This document shows, piece by piece, positions 50,222 through 60,625 of a DNA stretch of 64,000 nucleotides. The notes beneath the pieces are model-generated. The model saw only the letters and a list, made by a program, of their open reading frames with translations, had not been told where the DNA came from and searched no databases. The first letter of the stretch is position 1. Every line of letters starts with the position of its first letter. This stretch comes from Candidatus Thioglobus vulcanius (GTDB lineage Bacteria; Pseudomonadota; Gammaproteobacteria; PS1; Pseudothioglobaceae): assembly GCA_910595855.1 (NCBI GenBank), contig CAJVCJ010000021.1:13534-77533 (forward strand). The letters run 5' to 3'. A program made the translations under genes and the position numbers.

Positions 50222-51259
50222 ATGAATGAATTTTTACAAAATATACCTCCCTACCAGACTGCTGGAATTTTATTTATCGTAGCACTAGTTGCTCATACAG
50301 TCTTAGGTTTCGCCTTAAAGCAAATTACTAAACATACAAGTCGAACTAAAAATCAGTTTGATGACCATTTAATCAATGCTGTCTCTCCACCATTAAAAGT
50401 ATTGATTTGGTTTGCTTGGGTGTTTTTCTCTATCAATGCATTTAAAGCAGATATTACCGCACTAAGTATTGTTGTTGAGTATATCGATATCACTCCAATC
50501 TTTATTGTTACCTGGGGTGTAGTACGTGTTATCTCTGGTGTTGAGTCCTATTTAGTTGAAGCTGATAATAGTGTTAATAACGATTCAGTCCGCCTATTTA
50601 CACGATTGATTAAGATTTTGGTTATTGTTGCCATTCTTCTAGGGATTGCTCAACACCTTGGATTTTCAATTTCAAGCCTACTAACCTTTGGTGGTGTGGG
50701 TGGTATTGTGATGGGCTTTGCTGCTAAGGACATGTTAAGTAACATCTTTGGTGGCCTAATGATTCAAATGGATAAGCCGTTTTCAACAGGTGATTGGATT
50801 CGTTCTAGTGAATTCGAAGGTACGGTAGAGAAAATCGGCTGGCGCATGACCCGTATTCGCACTTTTAGCAAAAACCCTGTTTATATTCCAAACTCTATTT
50901 TTGCCTCAATTCCAATTGAAACACCTTCACGCATGACCAATCGTCGTATCAAAGAAATTGTTGGCATTCGTTATGATGACATTAAGCAAATTCCAGGTAT
51001 TGTGACCGATGTAGAAGAGCTACTTAGAAAACACAAAGATATTGATCAATCTCAATCATTGCGTGTTTACTTTAATTATTTCAATGCATCGTCGCTTGAT
51101 TTTAATATCTACGCCTTTACCAATACCACCAGTAAAGACAATTATCAAAAAATCAAACAAGAAATTTTACTAGCTGTTGCTGATATCATTGAACAGCACA
51201 AAGCTGAAATCGCTTACCCAACACAAACATTACACATTCAGAAAAACGCTGAATCTTAA
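50222..51259 (+). CDS. Small-conductance mechanosensitive channel (MscS family)
   Basis: 345 aa. GGVGGIVMGFAAKDMLSNIFGG, DKPFSTGDWI, GTVEKIGWRMTRIRT. Confidence 0.88.
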   Translation: MNEFLQNIPPYQTAGILFIVALVAHTVLGFALKQITKHTSRTKNQFDDHLINAVSPPLKVLIWFAWVFFSINAFKADITALSIVVEYIDITPIFIVTWGVVRVISGVESYLVEADNSVNNDSVRLFTRLIKILVIVAILLGIAQHLGFSISSLLTFGGVGGIVMGFAAKDMLSNIFGGLMIQMDKPFSTGDWIRSSEFEGTVEKIGWRMTRIRTFSKNPVYIPNSIFASIPIETPSRMTNRRIKEIVGIRYDDIKQIPGIVTDVEELLRKHKDIDQSQSLRVYFNYFNASSLDFNIYAFTNTTSKDNYQKIKQEILLAVADIIEQHKAEIAYPTQTLHIQKNAES

Positions 51260-51273
51260 TTAGCTAGCCCATT

Positions 51274-52593
51274 ATGAATAAATTACACATCCGTACTTTC
51301 GGCTGTCAGATGAATGAGTACGACTCAGATCAGATGGTTAACGTACTAAAACATTCTCACAATTTAAGCCTGACAGATAAGCCTGAAGAGGCTGACGTAT
51401 TGCTACTTAATACTTGCTCGATTCGTGAAAAAGCGCAAGAAAAGTTGTTCCATCAATTGGGTCGCTGGCGTAAACTTAAAGAAAAAAATCCAGCGCTTAT
51501 TATTGGTGTTGGCGGCTGTGTTGCCTCTCAAGAAGGTGAGCTTATTCTTAAACGCGCACCTTACGTTGATATTATTTTTGGCCCGCAAACTTTGCACCGC
51601 CTGCCAGCAATGGTCAATGAAGTACTGGGTGATAAAAAAACCAGTATTGATATCTCTTTTCCTGAAATTGAAAAATTTGACCACCTGCCTGAACCCGAAT
51701 CAAACGGTGTCAGTGCCTTTGTTTCCATTATGGAAGGCTGTAGCAAATATTGTACGTTTTGTGTGGTTCCATATACCCGTGGTGAGGAAGTTTCACGTCC
51801 ATTTAATGATGTTATTAAAGAAGTTGAAATCTTAGCTTCTCAGGGCGTTCGCGAGGTTAACTTACTTGGGCAAAATGTTAATGCTTATCAAGGTTTAATG
51901 GATGATGAGGAGATGGCTGACCTAGCCCTACTCATTAATATTATTGCACAAATTGACGGTATTGATCGTATTCGTTATACCACCTCACATCCGGTTGAAT
52001 TTTCAGAAAGCTTGATTCAAGCGTATGCGGAAGTGCCTGAATTGGTTTCTCATTTACACTTACCAATTCAAAGTGGCTCTGACAAAATTTTAGGATTGAT
52101 GAAGCGCGGCCATATGGCCATTGAGTATAAATCTAAGATTAGAAAGCTGCGTGAAATTCGCCCAGATATCTCAATCTCGAGTGATTTTATTATTGGCTTT
52201 CCAGGTGAAAATGATCAGGATTTTGAAGACACAATGAAACTTATTAATGACATTGGTTTTGACAAATCTTTCAGCTTTATTTATTCAGCACGTCCTGGTA
52301 CGCCAGCGTCTAGTTATCCTGACGATGTCAGTATGGCGGTCAAAAAAGAACGACTAAAGCGCGTCCAACTAACCATTGATGCATCTACCGAGGTAATTTC
52401 AAAATCTATGGTTGGTAGCATTCAAAAAGTATTGGTAGAAAATAAAGCCAGAAAAGACGACAACATGTTTGGTCGTACAGAAAATATGCGTAATACGCAT
52501 TTCAAAGGTGATGAGTCGCTTATTGGTCAAATTGTTAATGTGAGAATTACGGCTGCACGTGGCAATTCATTAGTAGGTGAATTATGCATCTAA
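51274..52593 (+). CDS. miaB: tRNA-2-methylthio-N6-dimethylallyladenosine synthase
   Basis: 439 aa. [13 protein letters not shown], radical-SAM [11 protein letters not shown]. Confidence 0.95.
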   Translation: MNKLHIRTFGCQMNEYDSDQMVNVLKHSHNLSLTDKPEEADVLLLNTCSIREKAQEKLFHQLGRWRKLKEKNPALIIGVGGCVASQEGELILKRAPYVDIIFGPQTLHRLPAMVNEVLGDKKTSIDISFPEIEKFDHLPEPESNGVSAFVSIMEGCSKYCTFCVVPYTRGEEVSRPFNDVIKEVEILASQGVREVNLLGQNVNAYQGLMDDEEMADLALLINIIAQIDGIDRIRYTTSHPVEFSESLIQAYAEVPELVSHLHLPIQSGSDKILGLMKRGHMAIEYKSKIRKLREIRPDISISSDFIIGFPGENDQDFEDTMKLINDIGFDKSFSFIYSARPGTPASSYPDDVSMAVKKERLKRVQLTIDASTEVISKSMVGSIQKVLVENKARKDDNMFGRTENMRNTHFKGDESLIGQIVNVRITAARGNSLVGELCI

Positions 52594-53501
52594 GCCTTGA
52601 AATAGACAATCCCGAACAATTAGCTGCTGTTTGCGGGTCTTTTGATCGAAACTTAGAAACCATTGCCAAAAGCCTTGATGTAGAGATCAACAACAAAGGT
52701 GCGGAATTTGTTATCCGTGGCGAGGACAAGCATTTGGCTGCTCGCATACTTAAAGACTTAAGTCTTCTTGCTAGATCTCAATCTATCAGCTCTCATGATG
52801 TAGAGATGAGCATAAAAGCTTATACTCAAGATAATCCACCAAATGAATCGGTCAATATCAAGACCAAGCGTAAATTCATTCATGTACGCTCCCTTAATCA
52901 GCAACTTTACGTAAAAGCCATTAAAGACCAAGATTGTACTTTTGGTATTGGCCCTGCTGGTACCGGTAAAACCTATCTTGCTGTGGCGCGCGCAGTAGAA
53001 GCATTAGAAAGATCTGACGTACGTCGCATTGTATTGGTTCGACCTGCTGTTGAAGCGGGTGAAAAATTGGGTTTTTTACCTGGTGATCTTAGTGAAAAAA
53101 TAGACCCTTATTTACGTCCAATTTACGATGCACTATACGAAATGATGGGGTTTGACAAAGTCACCAAATTATTGGATAAAAACATCATTGAAGTGGCGCC
53201 ACTTGCTTTTATGCGAGGTCGAACTCTAAATGAATCATTTATTATTTTAGATGAGGCTCAAAACACCACCACCGAGCAAATGAAAATGTTTTTAACACGC
53301 ATGGGTTTCGGCTCAAAAATGGTGATTACTGGTGACATCACCCAAATAGATTTAGCACGCCCAAGTCAATCAGGCTTATTACATGTAATGAAGGTACTGG
53401 AAAATGAAACAAAAATTTCATTTTGTCATTTTAACTCCAGAGATGTTGTACGACATAAGCTAGTTCAACGCATTGTACAAGCGTATGAAATCTTTGAATA
53501 A
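52584..53501 (+). CDS. ybeZ: PhoH-like ATPase (YbeZ)
   Basis: 305 aa. [22 protein letters not shown]. Follows miaB as in enterics. Confidence 0.9.
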   Translation: MHLSLEIDNPEQLAAVCGSFDRNLETIAKSLDVEINNKGAEFVIRGEDKHLAARILKDLSLLARSQSISSHDVEMSIKAYTQDNPPNESVNIKTKRKFIHVRSLNQQLYVKAIKDQDCTFGIGPAGTGKTYLAVARAVEALERSDVRRIVLVRPAVEAGEKLGFLPGDLSEKIDPYLRPIYDALYEMMGFDKVTKLLDKNIIEVAPLAFMRGRTLNESFIILDEAQNTTTEQMKMFLTRMGFGSKMVITGDITQIDLARPSQSGLLHVMKVLENETKISFCHFNSRDVVRHKLVQRIVQAYEIFE

Positions 53502-54579
53502 GTCAGAAAAAATAATCGTCGGACTTTCCGGCGGTGTTGATTCATCTGTTGCGACTTTAATGTTGTTGGAGCAAGGTTATAACGTAGAAGCCTTGTTTAT
53601 GAAAAACTGGGATGAAGACGATAGCGAGGGCTATTGTACAGCCGAGCAAGATCTTGCAGATGCGCAAAAAGTTGCTGATAAATTAGGTGTTAAATTACAC
53701 ACTAAAAACTTTTCGTCAGATTACTGGGAAGATGTTTTTGAAGATTTTTTACAAGAGCATAAAAAAGGTAGGACGCCAAATCCAGATGTTTTATGCAATC
53801 AAAAAATAAAGTTCAAAGTATTTCTTGAATACGCATTATCTCTTGGTGCGGACAAAATCGCCACTGGCCACTATGCAAGGATTTCGCATAGCGATCATCA
53901 ATATCAATTAAAAACAGGTTTAGATAATAATAAAGATCAGAGTTATTTTTTATATTTACTTGGTCAATACCAACTTAGTAAAAGCTTGTTTCCATTAGGT
54001 GATATTAGTAAAACAAAAGTTAGAGAAATTGCCACTCAACACGATTTAATCACAGCAGATAAAAAAGATTCAACCGGTATTTGCTTTATTGGAGAGCGTA
54101 ATTTCTCTGAATTTTTACAAACCTACCTACCCAAACAATCAGGTGATATAGTTGATGAAAACGGACAATTTATTAAACACCATCAAGGTTTGGCTTTTTA
54201 TACCATTGGTCAAAGAAAAGGTTTAGAAATTGGTGGCGGCTTTAGTGACTCACCTGAGCCTTGGTTTGTGGCTGACAAAAGAATTGATAGTAATGAACTG
54301 CTCGTTGTACAGGGCGACCATCCATTGCTATATCACAACAGTCTAAGTACATCAAAAAATCACTGGGTTGGTAATGATCCTGACTTTCCTTTAGATTGTC
54401 AGGCTAAGATTCGTTATCGACAAGCCTCTCAAGACTGTACAATTATTAAAAATGGTGACACCATTAAAGTTATTTTTAATGACCCTCAGAGGGCCGTCAC
54501 ACCTGGTCAATCTATCGTTTTTTATCAGGATGATGTTTGCCTAGGCGGCGCAATTATTGAGCAACGTAGCAATGAATAA
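53485..54579 (+). CDS. mnmA: tRNA-specific 2-thiouridylase
   Basis: [15 protein letters not shown]-loop, [24 protein letters not shown] 53485 is preferred over the TTG at 53473. Confidence 0.95.
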   Translation: MKSLNKSEKIIVGLSGGVDSSVATLMLLEQGYNVEALFMKNWDEDDSEGYCTAEQDLADAQKVADKLGVKLHTKNFSSDYWEDVFEDFLQEHKKGRTPNPDVLCNQKIKFKVFLEYALSLGADKIATGHYARISHSDHQYQLKTGLDNNKDQSYFLYLLGQYQLSKSLFPLGDISKTKVREIATQHDLITADKKDSTGICFIGERNFSEFLQTYLPKQSGDIVDENGQFIKHHQGLAFYTIGQRKGLEIGGGFSDSPEPWFVADKRIDSNELLVVQGDHPLLYHNSLSTSKNHWVGNDPDFPLDCQAKIRYRQASQDCTIIKNGDTIKVIFNDPQRAVTPGQSIVFYQDDVCLGGAIIEQRSNE

Positions 54580-55186
54580 AATAAACAATCAAACTCTCGC
54601 ACTTGCAGGCATATTACAAAGTGTTATGTTAGTCGATCAACTGGCTTCAAAAGGTGAGTGTGATACTGACTGCTCAATTGTAAGCTTAAATAGCATCACT
54701 TCTAAAAGTGCCAATGTTTATGAGGTGTTCGAATCTCCAGTGCAGCTATCAATAGGTATGGCAGCATTAAGAGTCGCCCTAGGCAAACAAACTAAATCCA
54801 TACAAACGGTTATTTTTTATGCTTTATCATTAATCAATCTTGAAAAAAAATTAATGAAAAATTCAGCTTTACTAGGTGTGATAAGCACTGAGATTAATGC
54901 TTTAAACAAGCAAGAATTTTTTGAAATAACACACAGCAATTCAATTGCTAGATTAGGAGAGTTATACAAAACCACATTGGGCGAGCTAAGTCCAAGAATT
55001 ATGGTTAAAGGTGAACAACTCCATTTATCAAACCAACGTACGGCCAACCATATTAGGGCGTTATTGTTAGCCGGAATACGTGCAGTTTCACTTTGGAAAT
55101 CTCAAGGTGGAAAAACTTGGCACTTGATTTTAAACAAGAAAAAAATATTGAGTGCGATTGATGCATTGGATCGTATTGGTAGCTAA
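54572..55186 (+). CDS. hflD: High-frequency-of-lysogenization protein HflD homolog
   Basis: [18 protein letters not shown] and [13 protein letters not shown] parallel E. coli HflD. mnmA-hflD synteny. ATG 54572 overlaps the mnmA stop. Confidence 0.85.
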   Translation: MNKINNQTLALAGILQSVMLVDQLASKGECDTDCSIVSLNSITSKSANVYEVFESPVQLSIGMAALRVALGKQTKSIQTVIFYALSLINLEKKLMKNSALLGVISTEINALNKQEFFEITHSNSIARLGELYKTTLGELSPRIMVKGEQLHLSNQRTANHIRALLLAGIRAVSLWKSQGGKTWHLILNKKKILSAIDALDRIGS

Positions 55187-55269
55187 TTTAAATTCAATTT
55201 ACCCCTAGACTTTTTCCAACTAAGACTTTATAATTACGCCTTTACTAATTTAACTCTTATATATCAAAG

Positions 55270-55530
55270 ATGGCTAATTCAGCAGGTTCAAAAAAACGCG
55301 CAAGACAATCAACAAAACGCAACAAGCATAATTCGCAAATTCGCGCTAAAGTTCGTACTTTTATCAAGAAAGTAAATTACGCATTAGAAGCTGGCAATAA
55401 AGAAGAAGCACAGAATGGTTACGGTATCATGCAAAAAATGATTGACCAGGCAGTAAGCAAAGGCTTAATGCATAAGAACCAAGCATCTAGAAAAAAATCT
55501 AGAATCAATGCACAAATTAAAGCTCTATAA
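55270..55530 (+). CDS. rpsT: 30S ribosomal protein S20
   Basis: 86 aa. MANSAGSKKRARQSTKRNKHN.... Confidence 0.95.
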   Translation: MANSAGSKKRARQSTKRNKHNSQIRAKVRTFIKKVNYALEAGNKEEAQNGYGIMQKMIDQAVSKGLMHKNQASRKKSRINAQIKAL

Positions 55531-55556
55531 AACCTTTAATTAACATTGCTATAATT

Positions 55557-55579
55557 AAGCCCTCTTTTGAGGGCTTTTT
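55557..55579 (+). terminator. Rho-independent terminator after rpsT
   Basis: AAGCCCTC-tttt-GAGGGCTT followed by a T run. Confidence 0.85.
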
Positions 55580-55594
55580 AATGCACAACCATCT

Positions 55595-56077
55595 ATGATT
55601 AACGACGAAGACAAACAACTATTCAGATCCAGTGTTGATGCAACTGCTCCCATTGATAAAGATAATCATACACAACCTAGTGGAAGAATAAGCCAACCAG
55701 CCTTTACAGCTTATAGTTATATTACCGAAGCCCGTTTGAGTGGCTCTGAAATAATCGCTTATGCTAAAAATGGACTTTCACCTAAAATCATCAAAAAAAT
55801 GAAACGTGGTAATATTGATCATGCTCCAGTACTGGATCTTCACGGGCAAACGGTTATTGAGGCTTGCGAAGCTATGAGTCAATTTATGTATCATTATCAG
55901 CATGAAGAGTTTATTCATATTATTCATGGCAAAGGTTATCACTCTGACAATAGCATGAGTATTTTAAAAACCCAAGTCGTGAGCTTCCTAAATCAACATC
56001 CACAAGTAATGGCATTTAACTCTTGCCCTGATAAAGATGGCGGAACTGGCGCTGTATTTGTTTTACTTAAAAAATAG
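55595..56077 (+). CDS. smrB: Smr-domain endonuclease (SmrB-like)
   Basis: 160 aa. LDLHGQTVIEA, IIHGKG and HPQVMAFNS parallel E. coli SmrB. Confidence 0.8.
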   Translation: MINDEDKQLFRSSVDATAPIDKDNHTQPSGRISQPAFTAYSYITEARLSGSEIIAYAKNGLSPKIIKKMKRGNIDHAPVLDLHGQTVIEACEAMSQFMYHYQHEEFIHIIHGKGYHSDNSMSILKTQVVSFLNQHPQVMAFNSCPDKDGGTGAVFVLLKK

Positions 56078-56080
56078 ACA

Positions 56081-57481
56081 ATGTTTGACTTAGATGAAAT
56101 CTACAGTGTTTCCAGCTTTTTATCACTGTGCAATAAAACCGTTGAAAACAATATTCCAACTTGCTGGCTTCAAGGTGAGATTTCTAATTTAGCACGCCCT
56201 GCTTCAGGACATTGGTATTTTTCACTTAAGGACAATCGTGGTCAAGTGCGTTGTGCGCTATTTCGCCTTAATCAGCGAAATATTAAATTCACACCTGAAA
56301 ATGGCATGGAAGTGTTGGTGCGTGCAGCGCCAACACTCTACGAAGCACGTGGTGATTTCCAATTAATCATTCAGCATATTGAACCTATTGGTGCTGGAAA
56401 CCTTAATCTTGCCTTTGAACAGCTAAAAAGTCAATTATCTAAAGAGGGTCTGTTTGATTCGATTCATAAAAAGCCACTACCAACAATAGTTAACACCATT
56501 GGTGTTATTTCTTCTTCAACAGGTGCGGTGATACAGGACATTATTAGAGTTTTGCATAAGCGCTACCCTTTTGCTGAAATATTATTATTTGACTCTGTAG
56601 TCCAGGGCGAAGGCTCAGAAATTAAGCTAGCTCAGGCTATTGAAGCAGCCGATCAATCAAATCGATGTGACGTGTTAATTTTGGCGCGTGGTGGTGGCTC
56701 ATTAGAAGATTTATGGGCATTTAATGAAGAATCCTTAGCGCGCGTTATCTTTGCTACTAATACGCCCATTATTAGCGCCATTGGTCATGAAACTGATACC
56801 ACCATTGCTGACTTTGTAGCTGATGTGCGTGCACCAACACCAAGTGCTGCAGCCATGCTGGCCACGCCGGATCGATTAGAGATATTATCAAGTCTTGATA
56901 AGTTAACTGGATTATTACAACAGCATGCACGTCAATATCAACAACACCAGCAAGCACAGCTTGATCTGCTAAAGCTTAGAATCCCAACACCAACCAAAAC
57001 CATTAACTACTTATCTCAACAATTGGACTATTTATCACATAGATTAACCACAAGTGCAATAAGTCGAGTTAGTAATGATGAATCAAGGTTAAGCACTTTA
57101 TACGCTACTTTAAAACAGCACTCTCCTAAAGAGCATATTCGTCATTCGATTGAGTTAAACAAACTATCTGTTCATCAACTCAATCAACAAATCAATAAGA
57201 CCATCAGTGATAATACTAACATCCTAGATTCACTTAAAAATCGACTAAAAAACTCAAGCGTACAAATGGTTGATCGCTATAAAAATGCATTGTCAATTCA
57301 TGCCAATACATTAAACCTTTTGTCACCTCTAAGCACGCTTTCAAGAGGCTACAGCATTACTACAGATGTTGAAAACAAAGTGTTATCATCCATTGAAAAT
57401 ATTGACAAAAATCAAATGATTAGCACTCGACTTAGTAGTGGCATCATTCATTCCAAGGTGGTAAAAATTGAAAAAAATTAA
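56081..57481 (+). CDS. xseA: Exodeoxyribonuclease VII large subunit
   Basis: 466 aa. WLQGEISNLARPASGHWYFSLKD, ARGGGSLEDLWAFNEE, SAIGHETD. Confidence 0.93.
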   Translation: MFDLDEIYSVSSFLSLCNKTVENNIPTCWLQGEISNLARPASGHWYFSLKDNRGQVRCALFRLNQRNIKFTPENGMEVLVRAAPTLYEARGDFQLIIQHIEPIGAGNLNLAFEQLKSQLSKEGLFDSIHKKPLPTIVNTIGVISSSTGAVIQDIIRVLHKRYPFAEILLFDSVVQGEGSEIKLAQAIEAADQSNRCDVLILARGGGSLEDLWAFNEESLARVIFATNTPIISAIGHETDTTIADFVADVRAPTPSAAAMLATPDRLEILSSLDKLTGLLQQHARQYQQHQQAQLDLLKLRIPTPTKTINYLSQQLDYLSHRLTTSAISRVSNDESRLSTLYATLKQHSPKEHIRHSIELNKLSVHQLNQQINKTISDNTNILDSLKNRLKNSSVQMVDRYKNALSIHANTLNLLSPLSTLSRGYSITTDVENKVLSSIENIDKNQMISTRLSSGIIHSKVVKIEKN

Positions 57482-58298
57482 CTTAATAACGTTGTTGTTA
57501 TTACCATTTTCTGCGCTAGCTACTCTTAACGTCAATAATACTGCTATTCCAGGTGGCATTGCAGTGGTTGATTTTTATACAAACCATGCCAACCCAAAAG
57601 CTTTTTATAGTAATGTTCCAGTCTATCTACAGCGCAAGAAAGACTCACATTGGCAAGCCCTAGTTGGTATTCCACTATTAGCAAAAACAGGGGGTAAACA
57701 ATTAATTATTAAAGATTTTTCTGAACGAAAAATAGCTTTTAATGTTATGCCTCATGGTTATAAAGAACAACATATCACCTTGACTGGAAAGAACAAAAAA
57801 TATGTCAATCCAAACCTTGCGCACATGGATAGAATCACTCGAGAGCGTCCAATTTTAGCTGTAGCACGCAATACTTTTTCTACTCAAGTATTTAACAATT
57901 CTAGTTTTATCCGTCCTGTTTCTGGCGTCACAACCAGCCCTTTTGGATTTAAACGATTCTACAATGGTCAGGCTCGACGTCCACATACTGGATTAGACTA
58001 TGCAGGAAAAACTGGTACACCCATAAAGGCTACTGCAGCCGGAAAGGTAATCATTAGTGATGAATTTTTCTTCAATGGCAATGCAGTTTTTATTGACCAT
58101 GGACAAGGGTTAATCAGTGTCTATATTCACATGAATGAACGCTTAGTTAAGCCTGGACAAATAATCAATCAAGGTGATATTATTGGCACAATTGGGCAGA
58201 CTGGAAGAGCAACAGGCCCACACCTTCACTTTGGCATCTATCTTAACAAAACTGTCATTAATCCAAACATTCTAATCAAGGACACACCAAAATCATGA
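57468..58298 (+). CDS. Secreted M23-family (LytM) metallopeptidase, catalytic motifs intact
   Basis: 276 aa with a signal peptide. HTGLDYAG and GPHLHFGI zinc-ligand motifs. Confidence 0.88.
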   Translation: MKKINLITLLLLPFSALATLNVNNTAIPGGIAVVDFYTNHANPKAFYSNVPVYLQRKKDSHWQALVGIPLLAKTGGKQLIIKDFSERKIAFNVMPHGYKEQHITLTGKNKKYVNPNLAHMDRITRERPILAVARNTFSTQVFNNSSFIRPVSGVTTSPFGFKRFYNGQARRPHTGLDYAGKTGTPIKATAAGKVIISDEFFFNGNAVFIDHGQGLISVYIHMNERLVKPGQIINQGDIIGTIGQTGRATGPHLHFGIYLNKTVINPNILIKDTPKS

Positions 58299-58690
58299 CC
58301 TCCAATGTTTCTTTATTGCGCCGATTGGGTGCTGTTTTTTACGATATATGTTTAGCCTTTTCGTTAATATTTTTTGTCGGTATCGTTGTTAATGCTTTTA
58401 TCGGTGAAATAGGTGACGCCTTTTTCTATCTAATCACCCTTCCAGGTGTTTACTTGTATTTTGTTGTTTCATGGGTTAAAGGGCGTCAAACAATTGGCAT
58501 GAAGGCTTGGAAATTCCAAGTCGTTCAACACAATCAAAAAAATATCACCTATCAACAGGCGTTTATCCGATCTAGCCTTGGGTTTGTTTCTTTTATGCTG
58601 TTCGGGCTTGGATTTCTGTACCAACTATTTAATAAAGATAAGCTTTCATGGCACGATAAAATTTCAAATACACTATTGATAAAAAATTAA
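58295..58690 (+). CDS. RDD-family membrane protein
   Basis: 131 aa. N-terminal RRLGAVFYD, three hydrophobic segments and a C-terminal LSWHDKISNT. Confidence 0.7.
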   Translation: MTSNVSLLRRLGAVFYDICLAFSLIFFVGIVVNAFIGEIGDAFFYLITLPGVYLYFVVSWVKGRQTIGMKAWKFQVVQHNQKNITYQQAFIRSSLGFVSFMLFGLGFLYQLFNKDKLSWHDKISNTLLIKN

Positions 58691-58758
58691 CCTCGATCAA
58701 TAATTAAAAAAAACCTGTGCTATAATATTAACATTATAAAACACTCTTGGAAATAGGT

Positions 58759-58995
58759 ATGAGCGCTACAGACAACAGCACTAAAAAAGGTCATATATTA
58801 ATGGTAAGCACTATGGCTGTTACCCTTATAGCACCACTCGCTCTAATCATCCTTTCTTATATTGGTGCAGTTTCTGGCACTGCTGAATATGTCGCAGCAT
58901 TTGGCGTGATTGCCTCAACAATCTATATTATTGGTGGCTCTATTTGGATGTTTTCTCAAGATGCTACAGATGGAAAAAATCTTGCTGATGGCTAA
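58759..58995 (+). CDS. Small two-TM membrane protein of unknown function
   Basis: 78 aa from ATG 58759 (the track TTG is at 58747). Two hydrophobic helices. No motif. Confidence 0.5.
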   Translation: MSATDNSTKKGHILMVSTMAVTLIAPLALIILSYIGAVSGTAEYVAAFGVIASTIYIIGGSIWMFSQDATDGKNLADG

Positions 58996-59003
58996 TTAAT
59001 AGC

Positions 59004-59366
59004 TTGAACATTAAATCTCATTTACGCCCAGTCATTGGGCTTATAAAAAAGCCAAATAATTTATTTGGCTTTTTTTATCGCCATTGGTTTAGTCTTGTAT
59101 TGATTGTAATTCTGATTACTTTATTTCGTCAAAATTTTATTAGTAATAATTTTCCATTTGATATTTACGATAAGCAAAATTTACTTATACAAAGCATTGC
59201 TGACAACAGACAACTTGAGCAAGAAAATATACAACTCAAACTAGAATCAGCCGCCAAATCTGATGATAAATTAGAAATCTTAGAATCTATGGCAAGGCAA
59301 AAATTTGGATTGATTAAATCGGGCGAAAGATACTATCAATTTAACATTTCTGAGCAAAATCAATAA
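59004..59366 (+). CDS. ftsB: Cell division protein FtsB
   Basis: TM helix WFSLVLIVILITLF, coiled coil, and MARQKFGLIKSGERYYQF (E. coli has ARNELSMVRPGETFYRL). ftsB-ispD-ispF synteny. The only in-frame start before the TM is TTG 59004, so the start is uncertain. Confidence 0.75.
   Translation: MNIKSHLRPVIGLIKKPNNLFGFFYRHWFSLVLIVILITLFRQNFISNNFPFDIYDKQNLLIQSIADNRQLEQENIQLKLESAAKSDDKLEILESMARQKFGLIKSGERYYQFNISEQNQ
59045..59076 (+). terminator. Terminator-like hairpin A6-GCCAAATAA-t-TTATTTGGC-T7
   Basis: Read directly. Lies 50 nt after the stop of the small membrane gene but inside the 5' part of the ftsB reading frame. Confidence 0.6.
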
Positions 59367-59450
59367 CATTATCACTCTTCATTTTTAGCACTTGCTAAGT
59401 TTACTTTTGCTTGGGTATAATAAAAACAATCTATCTAATTATTAAGTCTT

Positions 59451-60155
59451 ATGTCGACCGATCAATGCTATCTTATTGTTCCTGCTAGTGGCATTGGATC
59501 ACGCATGAATGCAGGCATTCCTAAGCAATATTTAATGCTTGATAATGGTTTAAATATACTTGATCAAACTTTAAAAGCACTACTTAGTATTGATCAAATT
59601 AAAGGTTTTGTTGTTGCGCTAGCAGAGCATGATATGCATTTTAAAGAATCTCAGTTTGCCCACCATACCAAGCTTTTAGCACTTGCCACAGGCGGTGAGC
59701 AACGTTACCATTCTGTGATCAATGCTCTACACACCTTAAAACCTTTTGTAAAAGATTCTGACTGGATTTTAGTGCATGATGCTGCGCGCCCTTGTATTGA
59801 TCCTGCCGATGTTATTAAGTTAATCAACCAGCTTAAACACAACTCTGTCGGGGGATTGTTGGCAACTAAAGTTGTAGACACTATTAAGAAAGCCGATAAA
59901 AATCTTACAATTGCAACTATTGATCGAAGCACTCTATGGCAAGCGCAAACGCCGCAAATGTATCGATTTGATGTACTGTTAAACGCCTTAACCTCAGCAT
60001 GTGATGACAAGATCAATATAACCGATGAAGCTAGTGCGATTGAACATATGGGCATGCAATCGCTACTGGTTGAATCATCTAAGCGTAACCTTAAAATAAC
60101 CAATCCAGAAGATCTAGCATTGGCAAACTTTTACTTAACTAACCAGCTAACATGA
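59451..60155 (+). CDS. ispD: 2-C-methyl-D-erythritol 4-phosphate cytidylyltransferase
   Basis: 234 aa. IVPASGIGSRM, VLVHDAARPC. Confidence 0.93.
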   Translation: MSTDQCYLIVPASGIGSRMNAGIPKQYLMLDNGLNILDQTLKALLSIDQIKGFVVALAEHDMHFKESQFAHHTKLLALATGGEQRYHSVINALHTLKPFVKDSDWILVHDAARPCIDPADVIKLINQLKHNSVGGLLATKVVDTIKKADKNLTIATIDRSTLWQAQTPQMYRFDVLLNALTSACDDKINITDEASAIEHMGMQSLLVESSKRNLKITNPEDLALANFYLTNQLT

Positions 60156-60625
60156 AATTTAAAACCGGCCTAGGGCAAGATTCACATGCTTTTGAAGATA
60201 ATAACAAGCCGTTATTATTAGCAGGGATTGATTTTGATTTTAATCAAGGCTTAAGAGCAAATAGCGATGGCGATGTATTGTTACATGCGCTGACTAATGC
60301 AATATCGTCAATAACTGGTGTTAATATACTCGGCATTAAGGCGGATGAATTATGTCAGCAAGGCGTTACTGATAGTAGTGAATATTTAAAACTAACCTTA
60401 CTCAACTTACACAACTGGGATATACAGCATGTTGCTATTTCTATTGAATGTTTAATGCCAAAAATCTCACCAAAAATTAATGAGATGAAAGCCAATTTGG
60501 CCAAATTATTAAATATTTCCACTGCGGATATTGGTATTACTGCCACTACGGGTGAAGGTCTTACTTCTTTTGGTAGAGGTGAAGGTATTCAAGTTTTATG
60601 CATTGTTAGCGTCACCCAATCATGA
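60152..60625 (+). CDS. ispF: 2-C-methyl-D-erythritol 2,4-cyclodiphosphate synthase
   Basis: 157 aa. GLGQDSHAF, SDGDVLLHALTNA. Confidence 0.93.
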   Translation: MKFKTGLGQDSHAFEDNNKPLLLAGIDFDFNQGLRANSDGDVLLHALTNAISSITGVNILGIKADELCQQGVTDSSEYLKLTLLNLHNWDIQHVAISIECLMPKISPKINEMKANLAKLLNISTADIGITATTGEGLTSFGRGEGIQVLCIVSVTQS

